From a virus, in IMG/VR virus record IMGVR_UViG_3300048930_000242, positions 64,001 through 128,000 of that record: 64,000 bases of DNA; one strand, given 5' to 3'. A program made the position numbers and the translations under genes. Under the pieces are notes generated by a model. That model saw only the letters and a program-made list of their open reading frames with translations. It had not been told where the DNA came from and ran no database searches. Position 1 is the first letter of the stretch. Each line of letters starts with the position of its first letter. This document shows positions 27,818 through 37,463 of the stretch, one piece after another.

Positions 27818-28099
27818 TTAATTGGTCACATCACTAGAAACTGGATCGATGTAAACATGCCAAACCAGTCCGTTATTCATCAGAGCGGTTCCGACATATT
27901 CAAGACTATAGTCGTCAAATTCATTTCCGGTGCCGGCGATATGAACATTAACAATACATGGCTTTGCTCGATCATCGGTCATCATCCATAGACACAAAAC
28001 TCCATTCTGCTCATGGACAGAGAGAGGCTTGAAACCACGGAAAGAATGAATCTTCTGCTCGTCGGTGATCTTCAGCTGATACTTCAGGATGCGCTTCAT
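27818..28099 (-). CDS. Conserved phage hypothetical protein
   Basis: I.KY.L, LSV..Q, GTG, YVGT, VWHV motifs. Confidence 0.7.
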   Translation of the reverse strand: MKRILKYQLKITDEQKIHSFRGFKPLSVHEQNGVLCLWMMTDDRAKPCIVNVHIAGTGNEFDDYSLEYVGTALMNNGLVWHVYIDPVSSDVTN

Positions 28100-28104
28100 G
28101 TCAT

Positions 28105-28467
28105 TTACTCCGGTTGCCAGTTCAAACAACGGTTAGATTCTTCACGAATGTCATCTTCGTATTTGCAAGCCCATTCCATATAGTCCCAGATCGCCTTGGC
28201 GCCAATAGGATTCTGAGAGTGAACATCGATCTCAGGAAACTCGGCATTGTGCCAAACGCAAAACCGGATCAACTGCTTGAGACAATCCAGGCCGGTCCGT
28301 GCTTCACCCAGGTCATGGTCAAAAGAGACCTTGACCGGAGGACCGTACTCTTGGAGGACATTATTGAACTCAGCCCAAGAACGGACAATAATCGGTGCAC
28401 CATCCTCGAAGAAAGTCGAATGAGCTGGAGGAAAGCGTTCGTCATCAAGAAAGAGATTGTAGCTCAT
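28105..28467 (-). CDS. Cyclic-phosphate-processing receiver-domain protein
   Basis: LFLDDER.P, SFDHDLG...TG.D, VHSQNP.G. Confidence 0.75.
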   Translation of the reverse strand: MSYNLFLDDERFPPAHSTFFEDGAPIIVRSWAEFNNVLQEYGPPVKVSFDHDLGEARTGLDCLKQLIRFCVWHNAEFPEIDVHSQNPIGAKAIWDYMEWACKYEDDIREESNRCLNWQPE

Positions 28468-28579
28468 TTCGAATTCCTTGCCTTGGCTCGAAGGACCCTT
28501 GCCAGATAGTGCTTCGATCGGTAAATTTGCTGACTCCACTTATGAAGAAGGTAAATGTTCATCGATAGTCCAATTGACT

Positions 28580-28798
28580 TTAGTCGTCAAACTCATCACT
28601 GTCGCAAGTGACGGTTTCCATCGCCACTTGAAGAAGATGCTCGTAGTTGCTGGATGTCATGTTGTCCATGACGGCCTTGATCTCTTCCTGAGAGACTCCA
28701 CCACGACGAAGAACTCGAGTAAGCCGACCCATGATCGAGTAGGCATTTCCGTCTTCGCCGGCAAGCCTCATATGGAGTTGCGGATACTTGATGCTCAT
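28580..28798 (-). CDS. Hypothetical protein (G.DGNA..IMG family)
   Basis: Motif; own promoter. Confidence 0.7.
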   Translation of the reverse strand: MSIKYPQLHMRLAGEDGNAYSIMGRLTRVLRRGGVSQEEIKAVMDNMTSSNYEHLLQVAMETVTCDSDEFDD

Positions 28799-28824
28799 GA
28801 TAAATCTCCAATTGGTAGAGTTAG

Positions 28825-28869
28825 ATTCTAACACTTCGGAGCCAGATTGTCCAGCTCCGAAGTGTTAAC
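28825..28869 (-). promoter_or_regulatory. Early promoter with overlapping stem-loop
   Basis: TGGACA-N17-TAGAAT; CTTCGGAGC/GCTCCGAAG inverted repeat. Confidence 0.75.
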
Positions 28870-28880
28870 TTTAGAACCTA

Positions 28881-29885
28881 TCAGACCAGCGCCAACGCCT
28901 CGGTGAAGGCCTTGTTCTTCAAGCGCTCACCGGCTCCGAACCATGCTTCCGAGAGACGAGTGTCCAGATTTCGACGACCAGCATCGAAGTCCACATCGTG
29001 GGTGACCGCGTTCAGCAGGCCCCAAACGGTTCCCAGAGCGGTCGGCATATCAGAGCCAGGAGCGGTCCGAAGGATCTTCGCCATGTGCTGGATGGTCCGC
29101 TCATGCTTCCGAACGACCGGCTCGCCTTCCTTCAGATTGTGGTAGACCTTCAGGAGGTACTTCGCCTGCATCTCTTCGGTGACCGGAGTCGAGGCCATCT
29201 TCAGCATCTGACCCTTGAAGGTTTCCCAGGCCTCGCCGATCTTGAGATCGATCTTTGCCTGCTGAGCATCAAACTTCCGAGAGTGAGGAATCACCAGGCT
29301 CGATGCCGACTGCTCGGAGTTGCTCATGGTCAGAGTGTTGTTACAAACGACTCGGACCGAAGTGAACTTTGCCTGGGTGGCGACCGAACGATCGAAGGAA
29401 GTGGAGAGGAGCAGATAGGCCTTGACTTCATCGACGTCCTCCAGAGAGATCGCCATGTTGGTCGAAGCAAGCGCCCAGATCACTCGGCCGCTCTTGAGCA
29501 CTCCGGCGGTCTCCATCTTGAATCCGTAGCTTTCGGTCAGATCTCCGAAGAAGCCCATGACTTCGGCCGGCTGCACGATGTTGTATCGCGGAGAGACCAT
29601 GCCAAGGAAGCCACCAGTATCCGAGCGGACCAAAGCGTTGAGCTCCTCGATCGGACTGAAGCCAGTCTCGGCATAGATGCCGCCAGCTTCCTCGATCTGC
29701 TCGATCGTGTTGTTCGGATCGAATCCAAGTCGATAGCGATTCGCCTGCCACCCCATGCCGGACAGCTGAAGCCATTCCTCGAGGGTCTCATTGCCGGTCA
29801 TCGGAGTACCGAGACCATGCCAAGGCGGAAGACCAACCCAAGCAGTTGCTGCGCGACCAGTGGTCATATCGATCTCGTGGCTCAT
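28881..29885 (-). CDS. DUF932-type phage/plasmid protein
   Basis: PWHGLG, VS.RY.IVQP, METAG.L..GR..WALA, T.VRVVCNNTL, T.WG.LNAVT. Confidence 0.88.
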   Translation of the reverse strand: MSHEIDMTTGRAATAWVGLPPWHGLGTPMTGNETLEEWLQLSGMGWQANRYRLGFDPNNTIEQIEEAGGIYAETGFSPIEELNALVRSDTGGFLGMVSPRYNIVQPAEVMGFFGDLTESYGFKMETAGVLKSGRVIWALASTNMAISLEDVDEVKAYLLLSTSFDRSVATQAKFTSVRVVCNNTLTMSNSEQSASSLVIPHSRKFDAQQAKIDLKIGEAWETFKGQMLKMASTPVTEEMQAKYLLKVYHNLKEGEPVVRKHERTIQHMAKILRTAPGSDMPTALGTVWGLLNAVTHDVDFDAGRRNLDTRLSEAWFGAGERLKNKAFTEALALV

Positions 29886-29921
29886 TTTGAAGCTCCTTGT
29901 TGATTGGTTGATTGTAGAATT

Positions 29922-29968
29922 ATTCTACCGCAATGGAGACCAGGTGTCCAGTCATTGTGGACACCTGG
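29922..29968 (-). promoter_or_regulatory. Early promoter with overlapping stem-loop
   Basis: TGGACA-N17-TAGAAT; CCAGGTGTCCA/TGGACACCTGG. Confidence 0.75.
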
Positions 29969-29979
29969 TACAATTCTGT

Positions 29980-30333
29980 TCAATCGATCCGGTAGCCGTA
30001 GGAGACGTCTTCGACGTTCTCGACCAGGCCAACGAGGATCAGAGCTTCGTTGAAGGCTCGAGCTCCGGCGATCTTGGCGTACATCGCCTGAGTGTTGAGG
30101 TTCGCCGGGTCCCAAACCTGGACGCCACGCTCACCGTAGGCCTTGTTGGCACCAAAGTGCTCTTTGAGGACCTTGGCCAGCGCCGAACGGCCATCCTTCA
30201 CGATGCACCAGGCGAAACCACACGGGTACCAATCGTTCGGATTGCGATCGAGGTACCGCTGAGTTGCCATCCGAGCCGCCATGAAGCACTCGTTGAGCTT
30301 CTGGATGATCTCGTTTTTGGTGAACTTGCTCAT
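29980..30333 (-). CDS. Hypothetical protein (CGFAW family)
   Basis: PCGFAW motif, C-terminal RID. Confidence 0.75.
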   Translation of the reverse strand: MSKFTKNEIIQKLNECFMAARMATQRYLDRNPNDWYPCGFAWCIVKDGRSALAKVLKEHFGANKAYGERGVQVWDPANLNTQAMYAKIAGARAFNEALILVGLVENVEDVSYGYRID

Positions 30334-30365
30334 TGTGAATTTCCTGGTTGGTTGACTATGATAGA

Positions 30366-30410
30366 ATTCTACCACAACGGAGACCGCTTGTCCAGCAATG
30401 AATTGTAAAC
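30366..30410 (-). promoter_or_regulatory. Early promoter copy
   Basis: GTTTACAATTC..TGGACA-N17-TAGAAT. Confidence 0.85.
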
Positions 30411-30415
30411 TTGAG

Positions 30416-30781
30416 TTACGAAACCTGAGCGGCCAGGATGAACTCTTCGTAGGTGAACGGAGTGCTCGGCTTGATCAGCTCGATGAGCTTCTCGAAGAGA
30501 GCACGAGCGGCCTTGTCGCCGATCTCGCTCCGCCACGCTTCTTCGGCCATGCTGCGGATGTTCGGATTCGCCGCCATTGCGGAAGCGACCGACGGCTCAA
30601 AGAGACCGAGGTACCATGAGATCAGTTCGGAGCTCTTCGGAATCGGAGTGCCTGCGATAGCGGCATCAAGAACCTCGTGGATCTCTTCTTCGGTGCATCG
30701 ACCTTCATCGACACTCGCTTGGATGGCGCCTTCGATGCGAAAGGCAAGGGCACGGGCGTGAAGCATTTGGGTGGCATTCAT
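30416..30781 (-). CDS. Hypothetical protein
   Basis: RBS and codon bias. Confidence 0.65.
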   Translation of the reverse strand: MNATQMLHARALAFRIEGAIQASVDEGRCTEEEIHEVLDAAIAGTPIPKSSELISWYLGLFEPSVASAMAANPNIRSMAEEAWRSEIGDKAARALFEKLIELIKPSTPFTYEEFILAAQVS

Positions 30782-30784
30782 GTG

Positions 30785-31120
30785 TTAGTCTCCTGAGTCT
30801 ACTTGACGGGTTGCGCCGCACTTGGCGCATGTGTGGAGGTAGAGACAATTGCCGATCTTGGCGGTCTCTACCCATTCATGGATGCATTCTTTGGCACGAG
30901 AGGCCGGCACATAGCCATGGCCACCGCACTGGTTGCAAGATCCGGACATGTTGGCGAACAATCGCCACTGTCCGTGACCTTTGCAGACCGGGCAGTCGAC
31001 CGGATCTTTCATGTAGGTCGGAACCTCTCGACGGAAGAGTCCATCGAACATCCGAGGGTCCGGGTTGTGGATCGGGTGCCAGTAGTTCGATTTGATCCAG
31101 AGGTTGCTCATGTCGTCCAC
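30785..31120 (-). CDS. Zinc-finger protein (CxxCxGxG twice)
   Basis: CPVCKGHG, CNQCGGHG, CAKC. Confidence 0.7.
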   Translation of the reverse strand: MDDMSNLWIKSNYWHPIHNPDPRMFDGLFRREVPTYMKDPVDCPVCKGHGQWRLFANMSGSCNQCGGHGYVPASRAKECIHEWVETAKIGNCLYLHTCAKCGATRQVDSGD

Positions 31121-31458
31121 ACTCGTCCAGTTGCTACGTTCACCAACGTAACGCCAGGTCCAAACTCAGCACGAGCCTCGGCGTCGTTCTTATCGCTCAC
31201 GGTCGCTTGCTTACCGCAAAGAGTCAAAAATGCAGCCAGATCTTCCGCTGCCGCCCGTTTACACGCCAGTAGATCAACCGCCAATCCAATATGGACGGCC
31301 AGTTCAAGACAGTCGGTCGGAGGGACAGCATTATTTGAGTCCCACCTGATGATGCCGTTGGTGATGGTCGCTTCGTTGCGAAGCTGATTAGCCACTCGCT
31401 CGGCGTCCTTGCGGAAGAATTCGTTGGTGGACTGGAGATCTTTGACCAAGTTTGCCAT
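31108..31458 (-). CDS. Hypothetical protein
   Basis: AGGAG RBS; own promoter. Confidence 0.7.
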   Translation of the reverse strand: MANLVKDLQSTNEFFRKDAERVANQLRNEATITNGIIRWDSNNAVPPTDCLELAVHIGLAVDLLACKRAAAEDLAAFLTLCGKQATVSDKNDAEARAEFGPGVTLVNVATGRVWTT

Positions 31459-31483
31459 GTTGCTTCTCCTAGACTATGATAGA

Positions 31484-31528
31484 ATTCTACCACAATGGAG
31501 AGGCCTTGTCCAGTGTTCAATTGTAAAC
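31484..31528 (-). promoter_or_regulatory. Early promoter copy
   Basis: GTTTACAATTG..TGGACA-N17-TAGAAT; 31461-31495 identical to 58929-58963. Confidence 0.85.
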
Positions 31529-31890
31529 TATAATGCACTCGGTAGAAGGTTCGAGAAGCTCTTTGGAAGAAGCACGTTCGGAGTGTGACCCTTGAAGAAC
31601 GGAGCGATGTCACCAGGCTTGTAGCCGGCCAAGCCGCAGCCGATCTTCACAACCTCGAATTCTAACTCCGGATGCTCCTTTGCGTAGACCAAGAACCTGG
31701 AGACCGCCGCCTGGATGTATGAAAGCGGAAGAGTCCGAAGGAACTTGTCCTTGGTTGGGATCCCATAAGCGTCTCCGGTCCGGCCTTCTCCTACCTTAAG
31801 TTGAGCACCATAGGCCTGACGAGCATGAAGAGCCGAGCCAGCTCCGTGAATGCCGGCCAGATTAGAACCAAAGACAAAGATCCGCTTCAT
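31528..31890 (-). CDS. A1S_2505-family (macro-like) phage protein
   Basis: IFVFGSNLAG.HG.G.A, G.G..G..YGIPT, IGCGLAG. Confidence 0.8.
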   Translation of the reverse strand: MKRIFVFGSNLAGIHGAGSALHARQAYGAQLKVGEGRTGDAYGIPTKDKFLRTLPLSYIQAAVSRFLVYAKEHPELEFEVVKIGCGLAGYKPGDIAPFFKGHTPNVLLPKSFSNLLPSAL

Positions 31891-32085
31891 GGCAACTTCA
31901 CCTTCCCAAAGAATCCATCGATGCGTTCATAAAGTCCGGCCTTCTTCAAGACCGACAGGTGACCGGACAATTCGGCCTTGGTCCATCCAGTCTCTTGGAC
32001 GGCGGCCTCAATGTAGACACCTCCCCATCCGAGATCCTCCCAGCAGACCTTGCCGCGGAGGATTCCAAGAAGTTTCTCGGTGTCC

Positions 32086-32697
32086 TCATCCAATCCGTTC
32101 AAGTTCTTTCTTCGCTTTTGTCAAGCGTTCCTCGATGGCCTCAATCTCGCGGAGCTTTGCATTCTTCAGATTGGAAGACTTGACCTTGTTATCCTGAGCC
32201 ACCTTTTTATCAAACTCCTCGGCGGTCATAAAAAGGTACACTCCGGGAAAGGTATGCTCGCTCTCTTCATCCGATCCACCGCGGCATCCGTAGATCAAAC
32301 AGGTCATCGTCAAGGCACCGGAAATCGTGCTATCGCGAAGACCAATGATGCGGTCAAATTGAAATCCAAGATGATAAGCAATGTCCTTGAGTCGAGGAAT
32401 AAGTGAACCAAGAAGATCGCCACGCTTATTCTCAAGCATATCGATCTCATGTCCGAGTTTATCGTATTCTTGCCATGCAGTTTGGTTGTCGTTCATTGCT
32501 GATTCTCCGTTCATTGTCGTTAGGCCTTTAAAGGCCTTTCTGATCTCTATTGCGAAGACACCGTGACATTTGTCGGCAATAGTGTTCCAAGCATTCTGGT
32601 GGATCGTCCAGACTTGGCGAGCCTTGTCCCAGTATCCACCAACCTTCTTGATGAGATGCCGGTGGGCGTAAGTCGCTCCGTGAAGTGTGAGTCTCAT
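32086..32697 (-). CDS. Hypothetical protein (possibly two fused genes; internal RBS before MNDNQ)
   Basis: ORF; internal GGAG RBS near 32505. Confidence 0.55.
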   Translation of the reverse strand: MRLTLHGATYAHRHLIKKVGGYWDKARQVWTIHQNAWNTIADKCHGVFAIEIRKAFKGLTTMNGESAMNDNQTAWQEYDKLGHEIDMLENKRGDLLGSLIPRLKDIAYHLGFQFDRIIGLRDSTISGALTMTCLIYGCRGGSDEESEHTFPGVYLFMTAEEFDKKVAQDNKVKSSNLKNAKLREIEAIEERLTKAKKELERIG

Positions 32698-33303
32698 GGG
32701 CTTTCGCTCTCGTCAATCCAGCAAATGCAGTTCCACACCGAGTTCATTCGCATTCCACTCCTACCATTGATTGGTTGCCATTGCCAGTGTGAACCTTGAA
32801 AACCGGAGTGAGCGTTCGATGGAAGTAGAGAAGTCCTTGTACACAGATAGTTGGGACCAAGTCCTTGTAGACCAATTTGGCAGCCGGAGGAGGCAACATG
32901 GTCTCATCGCAGAACTTCGGCCGCTCGGTCGGAACTTCAAGAGCAACCGCGTCGGTCAAGCATCCAACTCGTTGTCCGCAGACGTCATGACAAATCTTGA
33001 TCGGATTTGAACTGATGATTCCAGCAAAGAGAACTGATGCAATTAGAGTGTTCATGTTGATTCCTTAGGAGACTCGAACGAGACCAGAGAGATGTTCACT
33101 GAATGTGCGCGCCCACTTCTTGAAGAAGTACTTCGTCAACCAGCCAAATTCCAGAGTAGCGTTCGGAGTCAACTTGGCGACTCGAGAAATCCTCCAACTA
33201 TCTGAGAACGCCCACCGAGTGGCCGAGAAAGCCGCTTTCCAGATTGGCATGAAGAAGACAATTGCAAAGCAGACGGCGAAACCAAGCCAAAATTCGTAAC
33301 TCA

Positions 33304-33594
33304 TCACACCGATTCCTCTTGGATGTAGTTGTCGCCAACCGTCTCGTCCATCTCGAAGTGATCCATCCGGAGCAACTTGAGGAAGAGACTGTAGGAGATG
33401 TCATGGTAGACGCGACCGCAGTTGGCCGAGCCAGCACGACCAGAGATGATGATCCGCTCACAACCGATAGAACCGTCGGCATAAGTCCAGAAAGCCTTCG
33501 GGTAGACTCGGCCGGTCACTCGGACTCGCTTGCCGGCAAAGAAGGCGATGAAGTGGATGTAGCGGACCTTGTACTCGTTCATGACCATCTCCAT
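33304..33594 (-). CDS. Hypothetical protein
   Basis: First gene after a promoter. Confidence 0.6.
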   Translation of the reverse strand: MEMVMNEYKVRYIHFIAFFAGKRVRVTGRVYPKAFWTYADGSIGCERIIISGRAGSANCGRVYHDISYSLFLKLLRMDHFEMDETVGDNYIQEESV

Positions 33595-33605
33595 TTGTTA
33601 GGATG

Positions 33606-33634
33606 ATTCTAACACAATGGAGAGAGCATGTCCA
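33606..33634 (-). promoter_or_regulatory. Early promoter copy
   Basis: TGGACA-N17-TAGAAT. Confidence 0.8.
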
Positions 33635-33661
33635 GTGCCTTGAGTCACTTGTTCCGAAAGT

Positions 33662-33862
33662 TTACAATTCGCAGCCGCCGATGCCGATGTCCACGATTTT
33701 GATCATTTCGCCGTCTTGGCCAAAGTCCATGGTCTCGTAGACATCGAAGTCGGTTCCGTCCGCCTGGCGACCCCAGAAGCGAGCATTGAAGCCGTCTGTG
33801 ATGGTGACTTCCAGGTCTTGGTTGAGCGCCTGGAGCTTCTCAATGAGTTCTTTGACTTTCAT
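33662..33862 (-). CDS. Hypothetical protein (MKVKELIEKL family)
   Basis: Typical N-terminus; own promoter. Confidence 0.7.
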   Translation of the reverse strand: MKVKELIEKLQALNQDLEVTITDGFNARFWGRQADGTDFDVYETMDFGQDGEMIKIVDIGIGGCEL

Positions 33863-33896
33863 TGCCTTCTTTTCTATCCTATGCTGGATTAGATAG

Positions 33897-33925
33897 ATCA
33901 TACCACATCCGTGATCGCTTGTCCA
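33897..33925 (-). promoter_or_regulatory. Early promoter copy
   Basis: TGGACA-N17-TATGAT. Confidence 0.75.
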
Positions 33926-33952
33926 CATCCAAGGATAGAAGTTTACAATCTC

Positions 33953-34567
33953 ATGAGTTCAATCCCTCAGCGTCAGATCTCCTTCACGGCCGGGCAGACA
34001 TTCTTTGACCAAGTCATCTGGTGTCAAGGCGCCAGAGTTTACAAGCAGGTCGCTTCGGTCACCACTGGTCTGCCAACAAAAATTCGAGTGCCAGGCCACG
34101 GCATCCCATTGGAATTGACCATCGCCGTGTGGTTCGACAATTTCGTGACGGCCAAAGGTTCATTCTCTTCCGGCAAGCATTACTTTGCTTTCGCCGAAGA
34201 TGAGAACACTATCGTCTTGATCGACGACAATACGACCAATGAAACGATCAGTCAATACGGCACGATGTTCTATATTCCTCCGGTTGACCTGTTACAAACC
34301 ACGGTCTATGCGGATTTCAAATACAAAGCTTCAGATACGACGGCGCTGATTGATGCTTCTTCGTTGGCTCCTAACGCTATTTTCGAAATCGTTTCTCCTG
34401 GGCTTATCAGAATGGAACTTACTCCGGCTCATACAAAGACTCTGATCGGGTCTTCAAGAAAGGCCGTTTCCGGTGTGGCTCAAATCGAACTCCATAACGA
34501 AGCCGGCCAGGTATTCAGGCCTTGGGACTACGCCTGGGAAGTGCATCCAGAAGGAACCAGAGAATGA
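33953..34567 (+). CDS. Putative fibre adaptor/structural protein
   Basis: Starts the + strand island; its C-half recurs at 34937-35221. Confidence 0.65.
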   Translation: MSSIPQRQISFTAGQTFFDQVIWCQGARVYKQVASVTTGLPTKIRVPGHGIPLELTIAVWFDNFVTAKGSFSSGKHYFAFAEDENTIVLIDDNTTNETISQYGTMFYIPPVDLLQTTVYADFKYKASDTTALIDASSLAPNAIFEIVSPGLIRMELTPAHTKTLIGSSRKAVSGVAQIELHNEAGQVFRPWDYAWEVHPEGTRE

Positions 34568-34992
34568 GTAATGTAGCTTTGGTTTGGCCTGAGCACCAGG
34601 TTCTTATCTTCGGAGCTTCTCAGCCGTTTCCAGGAGTCTCTGGAGGTGGGTTTGTCGTTGATGTTCAAGAGTTCTTTGAGTCCGGAGAATGGACCAAGCC
34701 GGAAGACGCTCAGGAGATTGAAATTCACCTTTGGTCGGCCGGCTCTGGTGGTGGCGGCGGTGCGTATTCAACAATTACCCAATCTGGTGGTGGAGGCGGC
34801 GCGGCCGGAGGAGTTTATCAAACAGCTAAGATTCCCGCTTCGGCGGCTGGTTTAACCGAACTAGTGATAGTTGGTCTTGGAGGAATTGGTGGACTCGGAG
34901 CGACCACACCCGGAGGCTCTGGAGGAAATGGCGAAGCCGCCGATCGACACCACTGGTTTAACATTCGTGGCTCAGTTCAAAAAGAGCGCTAG
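34564..34992 (+). pseudogene. Truncated glycine-rich tail-fibre-type protein
   Basis: SG.WTKP..A, GSGGGGG, GGGGGAAGG, VG.GG.GG; loses frame at about 34936. Confidence 0.65.
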
Positions 34993-35221
34993 TTCTCCAA
35001 CTCTTCTGGAGATTCGCTCGGATGGAGTCTCTCCTGGATTCACTCTCCCGGGTAACGGCATTATCTCTATGGAGCTCACTCCAGATCAAACCAGAAGCCT
35101 TCTTGGATTCAGCAAGAGTTCCATCAGTGGAATCGCCCAGGTAGAGGCTATTAATGGAACTCTTCAGGTGTCTCGTCCTTGGGATTATGTATGGACCGTG
35201 TCCTATGAAGGAACTCAGTGA
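34937..35221 (+). pseudogene. C-terminal remnant of a paralogue of 33953..34567
   Basis: PPID..G.I.MELTP.QT..L.G.S...SG.AQ.E...RPWDY.W.V..EGT aligns with the paralogue. Confidence 0.75.
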
Positions 35222-35655
35222 TGCTTCAATCCATTGTCTTGTTCCCAGACACAAACTCGATAATCATAGAGCAACCGAAGGAAGAGAATAGCGCCGTCAT
35301 CATTTTCGGGCCTTCGGTCTATCCGGCGAACCAACGAGGCCCTCAGGGAATCCAAGGAGAAACTGGCCCACAAGGAGCTCAAGGCATTCAGGGAGAGACC
35401 GGTCCACAAGGTCCTCAGGGAATCCAAGGAGAGACAGGCCCTCAGGGACTTCCTGGAGTAGACGCGACGGTTCATGCAAGAAGGCAGGAGCATTCTACTC
35501 CATATCTCTACGCCGGCACAGCGCCGACCAATAGCTTAGAAAGCGATCCGGTCTGGAGAATCACTAGATTGACATACACAAACGGATCTTTGACGGCCAC
35601 TCAATTGGCCGAAAATGTCACTTGGACCGGCCGAGCCGGTCATACCTACATCTGA
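35218..35655 (+). CDS. Collagen-like fibre protein
   Basis: (GPQGIQGET)n G-X-Y repeat with 27-bp period, about 35338-35455. Confidence 0.85.
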   Translation: MMLQSIVLFPDTNSIIIEQPKEENSAVIIFGPSVYPANQRGPQGIQGETGPQGAQGIQGETGPQGPQGIQGETGPQGLPGVDATVHARRQEHSTPYLYAGTAPTNSLESDPVWRITRLTYTNGSLTATQLAENVTWTGRAGHTYI

Positions 35656-35665
35656 GGATCGAGCG

Positions 35666-35986
35666 ATGGCATTCACCGGCAACACCCCCGACTTCCCTTT
35701 CCGTGGCGTGAGCCTGATCACGTCGCCGGCGTTCGGCCCGACGTCAGTCGAGGGCCGTGTCGTGATCCAGTGCCAGCCGTATGGCGTGGTCGACGGGCAG
35801 ATCGTGCGGCCGATGACAACCGTCGACGTCGACGGGGTGCCGACCGAGGTCGTGGACACGTCGCGCAACACGTCGCGGAGCTTTGTTGACGCCTACGCGG
35901 CGGCGGCGGGGAATCCGGCCTATGCGCAGGCGCTGGCGCTGATCTCGCAGGGGATTCAACTCCTGATCGACGCCGAGGGTCTTTGA
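35666..35986 (+). CDS. Hypothetical protein (GC-rich)
   Basis: GAGG RBS; abuts the next gene. Confidence 0.65.
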   Translation: MAFTGNTPDFPFRGVSLITSPAFGPTSVEGRVVIQCQPYGVVDGQIVRPMTTVDVDGVPTEVVDTSRNTSRSFVDAYAAAAGNPAYAQALALISQGIQLLIDAEGL

Positions 35987-35987
35987 T

Positions 35988-37061
35988 ATGGCAGATAAAT
36001 GGCCGCTTGCCGACGGTGTCTGGTCGAACGCTGCAAACTGGAACGGCGGCACAAAACCAATAACCGGCGACGTCGTTTATGCGGACAACCGGATCGTCGC
36101 GATTGACGAGACGCCGGCAAGCGGCATCACGCTGCGGAATAGCGCGCGGTCCGGCGGGACAGCCGGCGGGCAGTTCACTATCGCCATTAACTTGACGCTG
36201 ACGCTTAATGTCGAGGGGTGGACACAAACGACTGCTGGTGGATTTTTGAATACTAGCGGAACCGCCAATGTCACAATTATTGGGAATGTAACATGGGCGG
36301 TCAGTCAATCGCTGGATGCCAGATATGCGATAAACCATGCCAGCACCGGGAGTCTTGTCGTTGTTGGAGCTGTCGTTAGCACTTCGACGCGCTCATCTGG
36401 CGGGGCAATCGCGGTTAATGCAGGCGGTCCAGTTTCCATTGTTGGCAACGTATCAAGCACGGCAGGATCGCCCGCTGTATCTTATTTCGCTTCATCCACT
36501 TTAACTATTACCGGCAATGTAACAAACAGTGGAAGCAGCGCCACGGTTTCGTCGGTTGTGGCTCAAACGGTAAACGTCATCGGGAACTTAATCGGCGGCG
36601 CAAGTTATGCCGTTGGTAACGGTAACACGTCGCAAGTGTTTATTGTCGACGTTGTTGGGAATGTAAGCGCGGGTGCTTCGCCGGCCGTATTAATGGCTTC
36701 GCCTTCTGGCTCGGTGACTGTCACCGGCAACTTAACGAATAATGTTGCTGTCATGGCAATATATTCACCAAGACTGCGTTTGGGAGCCACTCAGCCGACG
36801 TACTGGCAGCTCTACACGCCGACTGGCGTCGACCGCCGCCTCTACACCGCAGACAGCGTCGGCGGCAACCCGGCGACGTCCAACGTGCGCCTCGGCACGA
36901 CCTACGGGCCGGCATCGGAGTTGACCGGCACGTTGGCGGTGCCGCCTGCGTCGGCGGTCGGTGCGGGGGTGCCGGTCGACAATACGGTCGGAACTGCGGT
37001 CTGGACGGCGGAGCAGATCAGCGCTGCGCTGGCGCCGTTGTTTGCCGCCTACGGCTCTTAA
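35988..37061 (+). CDS. Beta-helix-like fibre/receptor-binding protein
   Basis: G.WS....WNGG..P..GD.V N-terminus, repeated V.I.GNV, C-terminal NVR.GTTYG..LTGT. Confidence 0.7.
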   Translation: MADKWPLADGVWSNAANWNGGTKPITGDVVYADNRIVAIDETPASGITLRNSARSGGTAGGQFTIAINLTLTLNVEGWTQTTAGGFLNTSGTANVTIIGNVTWAVSQSLDARYAINHASTGSLVVVGAVVSTSTRSSGGAIAVNAGGPVSIVGNVSSTAGSPAVSYFASSTLTITGNVTNSGSSATVSSVVAQTVNVIGNLIGGASYAVGNGNTSQVFIVDVVGNVSAGASPAVLMASPSGSVTVTGNLTNNVAVMAIYSPRLRLGATQPTYWQLYTPTGVDRRLYTADSVGGNPATSNVRLGTTYGPASELTGTLAVPPASAVGAGVPVDNTVGTAVWTAEQISAALAPLFAAYGS

Positions 37062-37463
37062 TCACCGGTCTCCTGGAGTGTATCCGAGGAACTCTTCCTC
37101 GGTCATTCCATTCCAAGTATGGCCATCGCCTTCAACATCGAAGATATAGCTCATAAAATGCCTTTGCTTGGTCTGACGAATCGTGAAGGTGGCGACTCCG
37201 TATCGATTCCGGCCGGTCGCCTTTTCTCCTAGTCGGACCTGACGTCCGGCTTCTCGCCATTCCAGGTAGGTCTTACTTTCCATATCAAGCCGCCTTGATT
37301 GACTTCACGAACTCGTTGGCCCAATAGACCGTCAAGATCAAATCCAGACCGACCAGCCACGGATTCTGACTGAGAGCTCCGGCCGAAACTGCGAAGAATA
37401 AACAGATCAGAAGAGAGATCTGAGACCAATTGCGCTTCAAGAAATCCATTGCGATTCTCCTTC

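Noticed and set aside
34871-34992. Programmed frameshift joining the two overlapping ORFs
   Set aside because: No slippery site; the second part is the C-half of a different paralogous gene, so a deletion junction fits better
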